Of a stretch of DNA of 64,000 nucleotides, positions 38,161 through 48,918 are shown piece by piece. The notes under the pieces were generated by a model that was given only the letters and a program-made list of their open reading frames with translations, searched no databases and was not told the origin of the DNA. Position 1 is the first letter of the stretch. The number at the start of each line of letters is the position of its first letter. Source of the stretch: Bacteroidales bacterium. Lineage in GTDB: Bacteria; Bacteroidota; Bacteroidia; Bacteroidales; Paludibacteraceae. Both the position numbers and the translations under genes were made by a program. The stretch covers positions 15,995 to 79,994 of the forward strand of contig JAAYSS010000065.1 in the NCBI GenBank assembly GCA_012518275.1, in the 5' to 3' direction.

Positions 38161-40173
38161 ATGAAAAAATTACTCTTCATAGTACTTGCTATAGGTTTAT
38201 TGGCAAGTTGCAATCAAAGTTCAAAAAAAATTCAAAGTTTCGAAGAATATCCCGTTTATAATGGAGATGATCTTGAGTTAACTTACTCATCACACAATTC
38301 AAAATTTCGTGTTTGGTCACCGACAGCCGATGAAGTGAAATTACTCCTTTTTAATAGCGGTTCCGAAGGTTCTGCATATGAGATGAAGGATATGAGACGT
38401 TCTAAAAACGGAACCTGGGTTGCAAATGTAAAAGGCGATTTAAAAGGAAAATTTTATACTTTTCAAGTAAAAATGGGTGAGCAGTGGCTTGACGAAACAC
38501 CCGGGATGTGGGTAAAAGCTGTTGGAATTAACGGTAAGCGTGCCGCTATTATCGATATGGCTGAGACGAATCCCGAAGGTTGGGAAAATGACAAACACGT
38601 ACTGCCCGAGAACGTAACAGATGCCGTGATTTATGAAGTTCATATGCGAGATTTTTCCATTTCACCGACGTCGGGAATAAAAAACAAAGGAAAATTTTTG
38701 GCATTTACCGAGAAAGGAACTAAAAATACTGCCGGACAAGCTACCGGAATCGATCACCTGAAAGAACTGGGAGTTACACACGTGCATTTGCTCCCATCGT
38801 ATGATTTTGCATCGATTGATGAAGCAAAACTGGATGAAAACAAATACAACTGGGGCTACGACCCACAAAATTACAACGTTCCCGAAGGCAGTTATTCCAC
38901 CGATCCGGAAAATCCGGTGTCGCGCATCAAGGAATTCAAACAAATGGTTCAATCGCTTCATAACGAAGGGATTGGTGTGATTATGGATGTGGTCTATAAT
39001 CATACTTATGTGGGTGAAAACAGTCATCTGAATCTGCTTGTTCCGGGTTATTTTTACCGTTTCAATGCCGACAGTACTTGGTCAAATGCTTCCGGATGTG
39101 GCAATGAGACTGCTTCTGAACGTGCAATGATGCGGAAATTCATCGTTGAAAGTGTGGTTCATTGGGCAAAAGAATATCATGTGGATGGTTTCCGCTTTGA
39201 CTTGATGGGCATTCACGATATCGAAACAATGAATGCCATTCGTGCTGCACTCGACAAAGTGGATCCGAGAATCATCATTTATGGCGAAGGCTGGACTGCT
39301 GCTGCATCCCCACTGGATGAAGAAAAACGAGCTTTGAAGAAAAACGTGAGCCAGTTGAACGGGATTGCTGTTTTTAGTGACGATATTCGGGATGTTCTAA
39401 AAGGAAATTGGACAAATGAATTTCCGGGATTTGTTGCGGGGCGCGACAGCTTGGAAAATGCTGTGAAATTCAGCGTTGCAGCATCCACTGTATTTCCGGA
39501 CGTTACTAACGAACGCCTTGTCCACACCGACAAACCATATGCCACATCGCCCACGCAAATTATTAACTACGTTTCTTGCCATGATGATATGTGTTTGGTG
39601 GACGCCCTTCGGAAGCGTAGGCCCGGTGGAGCAACAGAAGCAGAAATTCAGAAATTCAACAAATTGGCTCAAACCATAGTGTTTACATCGCAGGGTGTTC
39701 CGTTTGTTTTTGCCGGAGAAGAAGTTTACCGTGATAAAAAAGGAGTAAACAACACTTATGAATCACCTGACAGCATCAATCAAATCAACTGGAATAACAA
39801 AACTACCTACAACGATATTTTTACGTATTACCAGGGTTTAATCGCTCTTCGCAAAGCTCATCCGGCTTTCCGAATGACAAGTCTGGAAATGATGAAAAAG
39901 CACCTGAAATTTATCGAACTGGGAGTTCGAAACGTGGTAGCATTTACCCTTTCTGACAATGCTAACGGCGACAGCTGGAAAGAAATTTTGGTAATTTACA
40001 ACGGAAACCGTAGAAATGTAAGCGTGGAACTACCTGAAGGTGAGTGGAGCGTAGTTTGCCACGATGGTAAAATTTCGCCCGCAACGTCCTTATTTACTAT
40101 AAGTGGTCCAAGGTTTATAGTCGGTGCATCCAGTGCAAGTGTGATGTTCGGGAGTGGCGACACGCCTAAATAA
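38161..40173 (+). CDS. pulA: type I pullulanase (GH13), lipoprotein
   Basis: Lipobox LASC; YNWGYDP, DVVYNH, GFRFDLM, YGEGW, YVSCHD. Confidence 0.93.
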   Translation: MKKLLFIVLAIGLLASCNQSSKKIQSFEEYPVYNGDDLELTYSSHNSKFRVWSPTADEVKLLLFNSGSEGSAYEMKDMRRSKNGTWVANVKGDLKGKFYTFQVKMGEQWLDETPGMWVKAVGINGKRAAIIDMAETNPEGWENDKHVLPENVTDAVIYEVHMRDFSISPTSGIKNKGKFLAFTEKGTKNTAGQATGIDHLKELGVTHVHLLPSYDFASIDEAKLDENKYNWGYDPQNYNVPEGSYSTDPENPVSRIKEFKQMVQSLHNEGIGVIMDVVYNHTYVGENSHLNLLVPGYFYRFNADSTWSNASGCGNETASERAMMRKFIVESVVHWAKEYHVDGFRFDLMGIHDIETMNAIRAALDKVDPRIIIYGEGWTAAASPLDEEKRALKKNVSQLNGIAVFSDDIRDVLKGNWTNEFPGFVAGRDSLENAVKFSVAASTVFPDVTNERLVHTDKPYATSPTQIINYVSCHDDMCLVDALRKRRPGGATEAEIQKFNKLAQTIVFTSQGVPFVFAGEEVYRDKKGVNNTYESPDSINQINWNNKTTYNDIFTYYQGLIALRKAHPAFRMTSLEMMKKHLKFIELGVRNVVAFTLSDNANGDSWKEILVIYNGNRRNVSVELPEGEWSVVCHDGKISPATSLFTISGPRFIVGASSASVMFGSGDTPK

Positions 40174-40204
40174 TTCGTAATAATTCAAGTAATTAGTATA
40201 TTTT

Positions 40205-42226
40205 ATGGAAGAACAAGAACAAAAGAAACAACCGGTGAAATTACCGGAAAACGCCTATCGAGAGCTAAAAGAAGGTGAAGAATATAAACCTGTGATGCCG
40301 GCAGAAGCATCTGTATTGGAAGTTACGCCTTGGTCTGTAGGCATGGGATTGCTGATGGCAGTGATTTTTTCGGCAGCTGCAGCGTATTCAGGTTTGAAAA
40401 TTGGGCAGGTTTTTGAAGCGGCTATCCCCATTTCAATTATCGCGGTGGGAGCATCGGCTGCTTTTCGTAAAAAAGGTGCGCTGGGACAAAATGTCATTAT
40501 TCAATCCATTGGAGCATCGTCAGGAGTAATCGTGGCGGGAGCCGTGTTCACTATTCCCGGGCTGTACATTTTACAGGCAAAATATCCTGAAATTCAGGTT
40601 AATTTTTGGCAAATTTTCTTTTCATCACTGTTGGGTGGATTTTTAGGAATACTATTTTTAATTCCTTTCCGAAAATACTTCGTGAAAGATATGCACGGCA
40701 AACTGCCGTTTCCGGAAGCGACAGCCACAACTGAAATTTTAATGACCGGTGAAAAAGGTGGAAATCAAGCTAAGTTGCTTGTTTTAAGCGGTTTAATTGG
40801 AGGTTTGTTCGATTTTTGTTTCTCGGCATTCCGTTTATGGAGCGAAGAAATCAACACTCGAATTATCTCTGCCGGAGCGGTTTTGGCTGATAAATTTAAA
40901 ATGGTGCTGAAATTCAATGTCAGTGCGCTTATTTTTAGTTTCGGTTATTTGGTCGGGTTGCGTTTCGCACTGATTATCACAGTAGGATCACTGCTTTCTT
41001 GGCTGGTTTTTGTACCCTTAGTAAATGAAATCGGTGCATTGACAGCGGCAGCAGGCGGCGGCATTAATCCATTTGCGGCAATGAGTGCCGAACAAATTTT
41101 TGCCGCCTATGTACGCCCAATCGGCATCGGTGCTATCGCAATGGCTGGAATTATTGGTATTATCAAATCATCAGGAGTTATCGGGAGTGCATTTAAACTT
41201 GCCGTAGGCGGAAAAGGGAAAGGGCAATCTGAAGAAGCAACAACAGAACGTACGCAGAAAGACTTAAAAATGTCGTTCGTGATGCTATTTTTGTTTTTAA
41301 CATTGGTTGCCGTGTTTATTTTCCTGATAATCGGTGTAAAAGTTACTTTGCTTCAGGCCATTGTAGCTCTTTTGACAATAACAATTATTTCATTCCTGTT
41401 TACTACCGTTGCCGCTAACGCCATTGCCATTGTTGGTTCCAATCCGGTTTCGGGAATGACACTGATGACGTTGATTTTATCGTCCGTAATTTTAGTTTCG
41501 GTTGGTTTAAGCGGCTGGCAAGGAATGGTAAGCGGGTTAATTATCGGCGGAATTGTTTGCACGGCATTGTCCATGGCAGGTGGTTTTGTTACCGACTTGA
41601 AAGTAGGATATTGGCTCGGAACAACGCCTATAAAGCAAGAAACGTTTAAATTCTTAGGTACGTTGGTTTCAGCAGCCACGGTTGGTGCTGTGATTTTTAT
41701 TTTGAACGAAGCTTACGGTTTTGTGGCAACAGAAACACATCCAAACCCGATGATTGCACCGCAAGCCAATGCTATGGCAGCCATTATTGAGCCTTTGATG
41801 TCCGGTCAGGGCGCACAATGGATGTTGCTCAGCATCGGCGCCGTGATTGCTATTTTGGTAAATTGGTTGGGTGTTTCGCCGCTTGCCTTTGCACTTGGAA
41901 TGTTTATTCCATTACAACTGAACACGCCGCTTGTAGTGGGTGGATTGTTGAACCATTGGTTTAATAAAAGCAGCAAAAATGCGAAACTTAACAACGCTCG
42001 TCACCAGCGAGCCATTCTTATTGCTTCCGGATTTATTGCCGGTGCGGCACTGTTCGGCGTAATCGGTGCTTTGATTATATTTATTACCGGAAAAAGCGAT
42101 GTGTTGGATTTGAAAGTTTGGAGTGACCCGAGCGGAACAGGAGCTCAAGTAATGGCTATTATTGCTTTCTTGTCGTTGATTGGTTTCTTTATTTGGGAGT
42201 CATTTAAGGCAAAGGAAACGGATTAA
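40205..42226 (+). CDS. OPT-family oligopeptide transporter
   Basis: 673 aa polytopic; LPFPEATAT, SNPVSGMT, DLKVGYWLG, APQANAM. Confidence 0.9.
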   Translation: MEEQEQKKQPVKLPENAYRELKEGEEYKPVMPAEASVLEVTPWSVGMGLLMAVIFSAAAAYSGLKIGQVFEAAIPISIIAVGASAAFRKKGALGQNVIIQSIGASSGVIVAGAVFTIPGLYILQAKYPEIQVNFWQIFFSSLLGGFLGILFLIPFRKYFVKDMHGKLPFPEATATTEILMTGEKGGNQAKLLVLSGLIGGLFDFCFSAFRLWSEEINTRIISAGAVLADKFKMVLKFNVSALIFSFGYLVGLRFALIITVGSLLSWLVFVPLVNEIGALTAAAGGGINPFAAMSAEQIFAAYVRPIGIGAIAMAGIIGIIKSSGVIGSAFKLAVGGKGKGQSEEATTERTQKDLKMSFVMLFLFLTLVAVFIFLIIGVKVTLLQAIVALLTITIISFLFTTVAANAIAIVGSNPVSGMTLMTLILSSVILVSVGLSGWQGMVSGLIIGGIVCTALSMAGGFVTDLKVGYWLGTTPIKQETFKFLGTLVSAATVGAVIFILNEAYGFVATETHPNPMIAPQANAMAAIIEPLMSGQGAQWMLLSIGAVIAILVNWLGVSPLAFALGMFIPLQLNTPLVVGGLLNHWFNKSSKNAKLNNARHQRAILIASGFIAGAALFGVIGALIIFITGKSDVLDLKVWSDPSGTGAQVMAIIAFLSLIGFFIWESFKAKETD

Positions 42227-42263
42227 TCCAATTTTATTTCCCCATAAAGAACGGAAGAATGAT

Positions 42264-42300
42264 AAAAAATCTTCATTAAAAGACTCAGTGAAGATTTTTT
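42264..42300 (+). terminator. intrinsic terminator after the OPT gene
   Basis: AAAAAATCTTCA / TGAAGATTTTTT. Confidence 0.65.
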
Positions 42301-42406
42301 GGTAATTTTTATCACTTTTGATTTTGTGTTGAAAACTATCCTTGCTAAAACTTTTAAACCATTAAATAATTTTCTATTTTTGTATTATAAGAAATAAAAA
42401 TTTACG

Positions 42407-43525
42407 ATGAAAATAATTATCATCGGTACGGCATATCCTTATCGCGGAGGATTGGCGGCGTTTAATGAACGTCTTGCAAATGAATATGTTATACAAGGAC
42501 ATGATGTGGAGGTTTATACTTTCACATTGCAGTATCCGTCTTTTCTTTTCCCTGGGAAAACGCAATACACAGACGAGAAGCCTAAACATAAACTTAAAAT
42601 TTATCGCAAAATAAATTCGATAAACCCCTTCAATTGGATAAGATTAGGTAAAGAAATTGACGCCAAGAAAGCCGATAAGGTGATTTTTTGCTATTGGATG
42701 GCATTCTTTGCACCGTGCTTTGGGACGATTGCAAGACAGTGTAAGTCGGAATCCACCAAACGTATAGCCTTGGTCCATAATATGATACCGCACGAGCCGA
42801 CTATTTTAGATAGATTGTTCCCGAGGTATTTTGTCAATGCAATGGATGGATTTATGGCAATGACAAATTCTGTTGTGGATGATATTAATCGATTTGACAA
42901 GAGAAATAAGCCGAAATTAATTTCGCCACACCCGGTTTACGATCACTACGGTGCACCGATGAAACGGGAAGATGCTCTGCAAAAACTTGATTTAGACCCA
43001 AATTTCCGCTATATTCTTTTTTTTGGATTTATACGGAAGTACAAAGGGTTGGATTTGCTTTTGAAGGCATTTACCGACGTAAGGCTTCGTCAATATCCTG
43101 TAAAACTGATTATTGCAGGAGAATTTTATGAAGCCAAACAGCCTTATTTAGAAATTATTCATAAACATGCTTTGGAAGAGAGCGTTATTCTCCATTCCGA
43201 ATTTATTCCTGATGAGCGTGTACAATATTATTTCAACTCAGCGGATATTGTGGCACAAACCTATCACTCAGCTACACAGAGTGGAGTTTCTCAGATTGCA
43301 TACAACTTTGAGAAACCGATGCTCGTAACCAATGTGGGCGGATTGAGCGAAACTATTCCCCACGGGAAAGTAGGCTACGTGGTCAGCCCAAATGTAAATG
43401 ATATAGCGGAAGCGTTGATTGATTTTTTTGAAAACAACCGTACTGAACAATTTTCCGAAAATGTACGTTTAGAAAAGAGGAAGTATGAGTGGAGTAGAAT
43501 GGTAGAGGCATTGGATAGAGTATAA
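42407..43525 (+). CDS. glycosyltransferase family 4
   Basis: FFGFIRKYKG, SATQSGV, TNVGGLSE GT-B motifs. Confidence 0.9.
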   Translation: MKIIIIGTAYPYRGGLAAFNERLANEYVIQGHDVEVYTFTLQYPSFLFPGKTQYTDEKPKHKLKIYRKINSINPFNWIRLGKEIDAKKADKVIFCYWMAFFAPCFGTIARQCKSESTKRIALVHNMIPHEPTILDRLFPRYFVNAMDGFMAMTNSVVDDINRFDKRNKPKLISPHPVYDHYGAPMKREDALQKLDLDPNFRYILFFGFIRKYKGLDLLLKAFTDVRLRQYPVKLIIAGEFYEAKQPYLEIIHKHALEESVILHSEFIPDERVQYYFNSADIVAQTYHSATQSGVSQIAYNFEKPMLVTNVGGLSETIPHGKVGYVVSPNVNDIAEALIDFFENNRTEQFSENVRLEKRKYEWSRMVEALDRV

Positions 43526-43665
43526 GCTTTTTGTTAAATGGATTTTGAATAAAACGGAGCTTATTTGATTAATTGCTACATTTGTGCAACTTATCTTCTG
43601 TTTTCATATTATTTAATTTTCCCAGTACACTTTAGTTATCCTTGTACTTGTTACTATAAAAACTT

Positions 43666-46275
43666 ATGGCTAAAACTGTTGATACTCCGATGATGAGGCA
43701 ATTCAATGAAATCAAGACCAAATATCCAGATGCGGTTTTGTTATTTCGTTGTGGCGATTTTTATGAAACTTTTTCCGATGATGCCATCAAAGCATCCGAA
43801 ATTTTAGGCATTACATTGACCCGAAGAGCCAACGGGAAAGCTTCGTCTGTTGAGCTTGCCGGATTTCCGCATCATGCGTTAGACACCTATCTTCCCAAAT
43901 TGGTACGTGCCGGATGTCGTGTAGCCATTTGTGACCAACTGGAAGATCCTAAAAAAACCAAAAAACTCGTTAAGCGTGGTGTTACAGAGTTGGTTACACC
44001 TGGAGTTTCGTACAGCGATACCACTTTGACACAAAAAGAAAACACTTTTTTGGCAAGTGTTTACATAAATAAAAGCCAAGCCGGAGTTTCATTTTTAGAT
44101 ATTTCCACAGGAGAATTTTTGGTGGCGGAAGGAGCGATTGATTATGTGGATAAGCTGTTAAGCAGCATTTCACCCAAGGAAATTATTTTTGATCGGACGA
44201 AGAAAAAAGAATTTGAAAATCATTTCGGGACAAAATACTACACCTATGCTCTTGAAGATTGGACATTCGTCCCGGACACTGCTCAGGAAAGGCTTTTGAA
44301 GCATTTTGAAACGAAAAGTTTGAAAGGTTTTGGCGTGCAAAATTTGACAAACGGGATAGTGGCAGCCGGAGCAATTCTGCACTATTTGGATTTAACACAC
44401 CATTCACAAATCGGGCATATCACACAGCTTACGCGCATCGAAGAGGAGCATTACGTTTGGCTTGACCGTTTTACGGTAAGAAATTTGGAGCTTTATAGAC
44501 CGATAAACGAAGGCGGGAAAACCCTTGTGGATGTGATAGATAAAACCATTAGCCCGATGGGAGGACGCTTGCTGAAACGGTGGGTTGCATTTCCGCTGAA
44601 AGACGTGAAACCTATTGTGGACCGCCATTCCGTGGTAGAATATTTCTTCAAAGACAAAGAACTTCGGGAGTTGCTTGAACAACAAATTTCGCTTATGGGC
44701 GATTTGGAACGAATTATTTCCAAGGTGGCGGTCGGGCGCATCAATCCGCGGGAAATGGTGCAGTTAAAAGTGGCGTTGCAGGCGCTTGAACCCATCAAAG
44801 AAAGTTGCGCAAATGTTGATAACGAGAGCCTAAAAAAAATTGCGGAACAGCTTAATCCTTGCAAGCTTATTTCAGATAAAATAAAGAGAGAAATCCAAAA
44901 TGACCCGCCTGTGTTGTTGAATAAAGGCGATGTCATCCGTTCCGGTGTAGATGATGAACTGGATGAGTTGAGGAGTTTGGCTCGTTCCGGGAAAAAATAC
45001 CTGCTCGAAATTCAACAACGAGAAAGCGAAAAAACAGGCATTCCTTCGTTGAAAATTGCTTTTAACAATGTATTCGGCTATTACATCGAAGTGCGAAACA
45101 CACACAAGAACAAAGTACCTGAATCGTGGATACGTAAGCAAACGCTTGTAAGCGCAGAACGGTATGTTACGCAGGAACTAAAAGAGTACGAGGAAAAAAT
45201 TCTGAGTGCGGAAGAGAAAATTCAAATTATCGAAACACGCATTTTTAATGAACTGATTTTGAGTTTACTGGATTATGTCTCGGCTGTTCAACTAAATTCA
45301 AACTTAGTGGCGCAACTGGACTGCTTGCTCTCATTTTATCGAGTTGCCAATGAGAATAAATACGTTCGCCCCGAAATAAATGAAAGTTATGAGCTGAACA
45401 TCAAGCAGGGGCGTCATCCGGTTATTGAAAAGCAGATGCCGATTGGTGAAACCTACGTGGCGAACGATGTTTTTCTGGACAATGAATCGCAGCAAATCAT
45501 CATTGTAACGGGTCCGAATATGTCAGGTAAGTCGGCGTTGCTTCGTCAAACAGCACTTATCACGCTGATGGCTCAAATTGGTAGTTTCGTGCCGGCTGAA
45601 AGTGCTAAAATCGGCGTGGTGGACAAGATTTTTACCCGCGTGGGTGCAAGTGACAATATCTCGTTGGGTGAAAGTACCTTTATGGTGGAAATGAACGAGG
45701 CTGCAAGCATCTTGAACAACCTTTCCAACCGTAGTTTAGTGCTTTTTGACGAGCTTGGGCGCGGGACGAGCACTTACGATGGGATTTCCATTGCTTGGGC
45801 TATTGTGGAATACATTCACGAACACCCGACAGCAAAAGCGAAAACGCTTTTTGCTACGCACTACCACGAGCTGAATGAGATGGAAAATTCGTTCAGCCGA
45901 ATCAGAAATTACAACGTTTCGGTAAAAGAAATTGACAAGAAAATCATCTTTCTTCGCAAATTGGAGCGGGGTGGAAGTGAACACAGCTTCGGTATTCATG
46001 TAGCAAAAATGGCTGGGATGCCACAAAGCATCGTGAAGCGCTCGGAGAAAATCCTTGAACAGCTTGAAAATGACAACCGCCAAACCGGAATAGCCAAACC
46101 TGTCGGCGAAATTGCTTCGCAACGCGAAGGGTATCAACTCAGTTTTTTCCAACTGGACGACCCTGTTTTGGAACAAGTCCGCGATGAAATCAAAGGACTG
46201 GACGTGAATAACTTGACGCCGATTGACGCACTGAATAAATTGAATGAAATAAAGCGGATTATTACTGGGAAATAA
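43666..46275 (+). CDS. mutS: DNA mismatch repair protein MutS
   Basis: [41 protein letters not shown]. Confidence 0.97.
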   Translation: MAKTVDTPMMRQFNEIKTKYPDAVLLFRCGDFYETFSDDAIKASEILGITLTRRANGKASSVELAGFPHHALDTYLPKLVRAGCRVAICDQLEDPKKTKKLVKRGVTELVTPGVSYSDTTLTQKENTFLASVYINKSQAGVSFLDISTGEFLVAEGAIDYVDKLLSSISPKEIIFDRTKKKEFENHFGTKYYTYALEDWTFVPDTAQERLLKHFETKSLKGFGVQNLTNGIVAAGAILHYLDLTHHSQIGHITQLTRIEEEHYVWLDRFTVRNLELYRPINEGGKTLVDVIDKTISPMGGRLLKRWVAFPLKDVKPIVDRHSVVEYFFKDKELRELLEQQISLMGDLERIISKVAVGRINPREMVQLKVALQALEPIKESCANVDNESLKKIAEQLNPCKLISDKIKREIQNDPPVLLNKGDVIRSGVDDELDELRSLARSGKKYLLEIQQRESEKTGIPSLKIAFNNVFGYYIEVRNTHKNKVPESWIRKQTLVSAERYVTQELKEYEEKILSAEEKIQIIETRIFNELILSLLDYVSAVQLNSNLVAQLDCLLSFYRVANENKYVRPEINESYELNIKQGRHPVIEKQMPIGETYVANDVFLDNESQQIIIVTGPNMSGKSALLRQTALITLMAQIGSFVPAESAKIGVVDKIFTRVGASDNISLGESTFMVEMNEAASILNNLSNRSLVLFDELGRGTSTYDGISIAWAIVEYIHEHPTAKAKTLFATHYHELNEMENSFSRIRNYNVSVKEIDKKIIFLRKLERGGSEHSFGIHVAKMAGMPQSIVKRSEKILEQLENDNRQTGIAKPVGEIASQREGYQLSFFQLDDPVLEQVRDEIKGLDVNNLTPIDALNKLNEIKRIITGK

Positions 46276-46316
46276 TTTTTGCCTGTTTTATATCGGATAG
46301 AAATACTACCAAATAG

Positions 46317-46354
46317 AAAGTGGATATCTTACGTTGAGGTATCCACTTTTTTTT
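46317..46354 (+). terminator. intrinsic terminator after mutS
   Basis: AAAGTGGATATCTT / GAGGTATCCACTTT plus T-run. Confidence 0.85.
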
Positions 46355-46361
46355 ATAATTT

Positions 46362-46455
46362 AAAATACATATTATTGATATAAAAATACATAATATTGAG
46401 TTTTATTTTGATATTATTAAAATATGAATTATGTTTGTGACAAATTTATAATATT
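46362..46455 (+). promoter_or_regulatory. promoter (TTTG-N19-TATGTTTG) overlaid by 21-bp-phased direct repeats
   Basis: -33 TTTG 46407-46410, -7 46430-46437; AAAATACATAwTATTGA at 46362 and 46383; ATAwTATT cores at 46369, 46390, 46411, 46448. Confidence 0.65.
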
Positions 46456-46474
46456 AAATTAAAAAAATAAAGTC

Positions 46475-46744
46475 ATGTTACCAACATCTTGTCCGAGCTG
46501 TCAATCTCAGCTCAAAGTAGTCTCATTAAAATGTGAGAATTGCCGAACTGAAGTTACCGGACTGTATGATATGCCGTTGCTGCTTCGCCTTTCCGATGAC
46601 GAAATTCAGTTTATACTCCGTTTTGTGAAAAATAGCGGCAGCCTGAAAGATATGTCAGCCGAACTTAAACTCAGTTACCCTACTGTGCGGAATATGCTAA
46701 ATGAAGTTATTCAAAAAATTAAAGATTACGAAAATGAAAAATAA
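46475..46744 (+). CDS. DUF2089-like Zn-ribbon + HTH protein
   Basis: CPSC..CENC zinc ribbon; F..NSGSLKDMS.EL.LSYPTVRN.L helix-turn-helix. Confidence 0.82.
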   Translation: MLPTSCPSCQSQLKVVSLKCENCRTEVTGLYDMPLLLRLSDDEIQFILRFVKNSGSLKDMSAELKLSYPTVRNMLNEVIQKIKDYENEK

Positions 46745-47297
46745 AAGCTTAATTTGGAATCCCTTTACACGCATTGCCGGCTGGCAAGCTTTCGGGATAG
46801 GAATTGTCATTGTTGTTGTGTCGGCAGTAATTGCAGGTTTTGGAAATTTGCTTTTTGACGGCGCTATTGACGCACACTTTGGCGACGACGTGGGAGTGGT
46901 TAAGTCGCTTGTAGTAAATGGAATAAGTTTGATTTCGGTGGTGCTTGTGATGTACATAACCGGATTAATCATTTCCCGCGATTTTAGATTTGTAGATATA
47001 CTCGGCACAATGACATTAGCTCGTGCGCCGCTTCTTATTTTAGCTCTAATAGCGCTCTTTGTTTCATCTCCGAGCGAAGCGAAAGTCCTTGAAAATCCAA
47101 TGATTGTCCTTAATTATCCTTCGCTGATAATTTTCGGGCTGATTTCAATCCCGATTATTGTTTGGTTCGTTGCGTTGATGTATAATGGATTAAAAGTATC
47201 AACGGGTGCGAAAGGTAAAAAATTGGTTATCGGTTTTATCGGCGGACTTCTTTTTGCCGAAATTATTTCTAAAATGCTTATTCACCTTATTCTGTAA
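46734..47297 (+). CDS. multi-pass membrane protein (Yip1-like topology)
   Basis: ATG 46734 overlaps the upstream stop; about 5 hydrophobic helices; NPF..IAG, FDGAIDAH. Confidence 0.75.
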   Translation: MKNKSLIWNPFTRIAGWQAFGIGIVIVVVSAVIAGFGNLLFDGAIDAHFGDDVGVVKSLVVNGISLISVVLVMYITGLIISRDFRFVDILGTMTLARAPLLILALIALFVSSPSEAKVLENPMIVLNYPSLIIFGLISIPIIVWFVALMYNGLKVSTGAKGKKLVIGFIGGLLFAEIISKMLIHLIL

Positions 47298-47301
47298 AAT
47301 T

Positions 47302-48696
47302 ATGAAACGTACAATTTTTTTGTTTTTTATTCTTGTGTTTTCGTTTTCGGCATTTTCGCAGGACATCACGGGGCAATGGAACGGCACTCTCAATGTTATG
47401 GGTTCTGATTTGCCGGTGGTTTTTAATATTGAAAAAACGGACAATGGCTATACATCCACGATGGACAGCCCCGATCAGGGAGTCAAAGGTATTCCGTGTG
47501 ATGAAATCTCTTTCTTAGATAACACGCTGAAAATAAAGATTAAATCTATACGCGCAAGTTATGAAGGAACGTTAAAAAACGATAGCATTGTCGGTATATT
47601 TAAGCAGATGATGATAAAAAAACCCCTTACTTTGAGTCGGGAAGAGGTGGAGAAGGTAGAAATGAAACGTCCACAAGAGCCTAAACCGCCTTTTCCGTAC
47701 TATTCTGAGGAGGTGAAATTTGTGAATAAAAGAGATGGAAACACCCTTGCCGGAACACTAACTTTACCGAGAAAAAAAGGGAAATTTCCTGTTGTTGTGC
47801 TGATTTCGGGGAGTGGTCCGCAGAACCGTGATGAGGAGTTACTGGGGCACAAACCGTTTCTTGTTATTGCCGATTTCTTGACCCGAAACGGCTTTGGTGT
47901 GCTTCGTTATGACGACCGTGGAACAGCACAATCCACCGGTGATTTCAGCAAAGCAACTACACTTGATTTATCCTACGATGCCGAGAGTGCCGTGGAATTT
48001 CTGCTGGGCAGAAAAGATGTGAGCCATAAGAAAATTGGGTTGATAGGACACAGTGAAGGCGGAATGATTGCACCAATAGTAGCGTCGAGAAATCAAAACG
48101 TGGCATACATCGTGCTACTTGCCGGACCGGGTGTGCGTGGCGACAAACTGCTTTTGATGCAACAGCGAGCGGTCGCCGTGGCTTCGGGAGCGCCTGAATC
48201 GGCTGTTTCGGCAAATGAAAAACTGAACGCGCCACTGTTTGAATGCATTATCAACGCTATCGATACAGTTAATCTGAGAGCTGATTTAATCAAGCTATTG
48301 GAAAAAGGTGTGAACGAAAATCAGGAATTGAAATCGCAACTTTCAGACGAGCAACGGAGCGAGATGGTGAAAATGACGGTCAGTCAATTGACTTCGCCGT
48401 GGATGATTAATTTCATCAAGTACGATCCTTATCCAACGCTGAAAAAAGTGAAATGTCCGACATTGGCGCTGAACGGCTCGAAAGACTTACAAGTGCCTGC
48501 AAGTAAAAATCTTTCCGAGATTAAAAGAGCGTTCAAAGAGAGTGGAAATGACAAATTGACTGCCATTGAATTACCGAATTTGAATCACTTGTTTCAAGAA
48601 ACAACAACCGGACTTCCAACCGAATATGGCGAGATAGAGCAAACTTTTTCGCCAAAAGCATTGAATGAGATTTTAATATGGTTGAAGAAAAGATAG
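47302..48696 (+). CDS. secreted alpha/beta-fold serine hydrolase (S9/S15-like)
   Basis: Signal peptide from ATG 47302; SGSGPQNRD, RYDDRG, GHSEGG (Ser), KDLQV (Asp), LNHLFQ (His). Confidence 0.9.
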   Translation: MKRTIFLFFILVFSFSAFSQDITGQWNGTLNVMGSDLPVVFNIEKTDNGYTSTMDSPDQGVKGIPCDEISFLDNTLKIKIKSIRASYEGTLKNDSIVGIFKQMMIKKPLTLSREEVEKVEMKRPQEPKPPFPYYSEEVKFVNKRDGNTLAGTLTLPRKKGKFPVVVLISGSGPQNRDEELLGHKPFLVIADFLTRNGFGVLRYDDRGTAQSTGDFSKATTLDLSYDAESAVEFLLGRKDVSHKKIGLIGHSEGGMIAPIVASRNQNVAYIVLLAGPGVRGDKLLLMQQRAVAVASGAPESAVSANEKLNAPLFECIINAIDTVNLRADLIKLLEKGVNENQELKSQLSDEQRSEMVKMTVSQLTSPWMINFIKYDPYPTLKKVKCPTLALNGSKDLQVPASKNLSEIKRAFKESGNDKLTAIELPNLNHLFQETTTGLPTEYGEIEQTFSPKALNEILIWLKKR

Positions 48697-48918
48697 GTTT
48701 CAGACGATGTTTATTATAACTAGTAAAAAATAAATTTACAAATCGTAAAGAGAAATATGTTTTCGTAAGACAATTATATTCAAATTGAGTAAATAAAACG
48801 GCATAAATATGCAAAAACTGCAATAATATTATAATTCTTCTCATTTTATTACTTTTTCCTGAAAAAATTCAGTAATTTTGCAACGAAATTTGAAAATCAA
48901 TTCAAAAATTTAAGTTGT

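Noticed and set aside
46362..46418. Phased repeats as a mini-CRISPR
   Set aside because: Units are 17 bp with 4-bp gaps, too short for spacers; no cas genes; they overlap a promoter.
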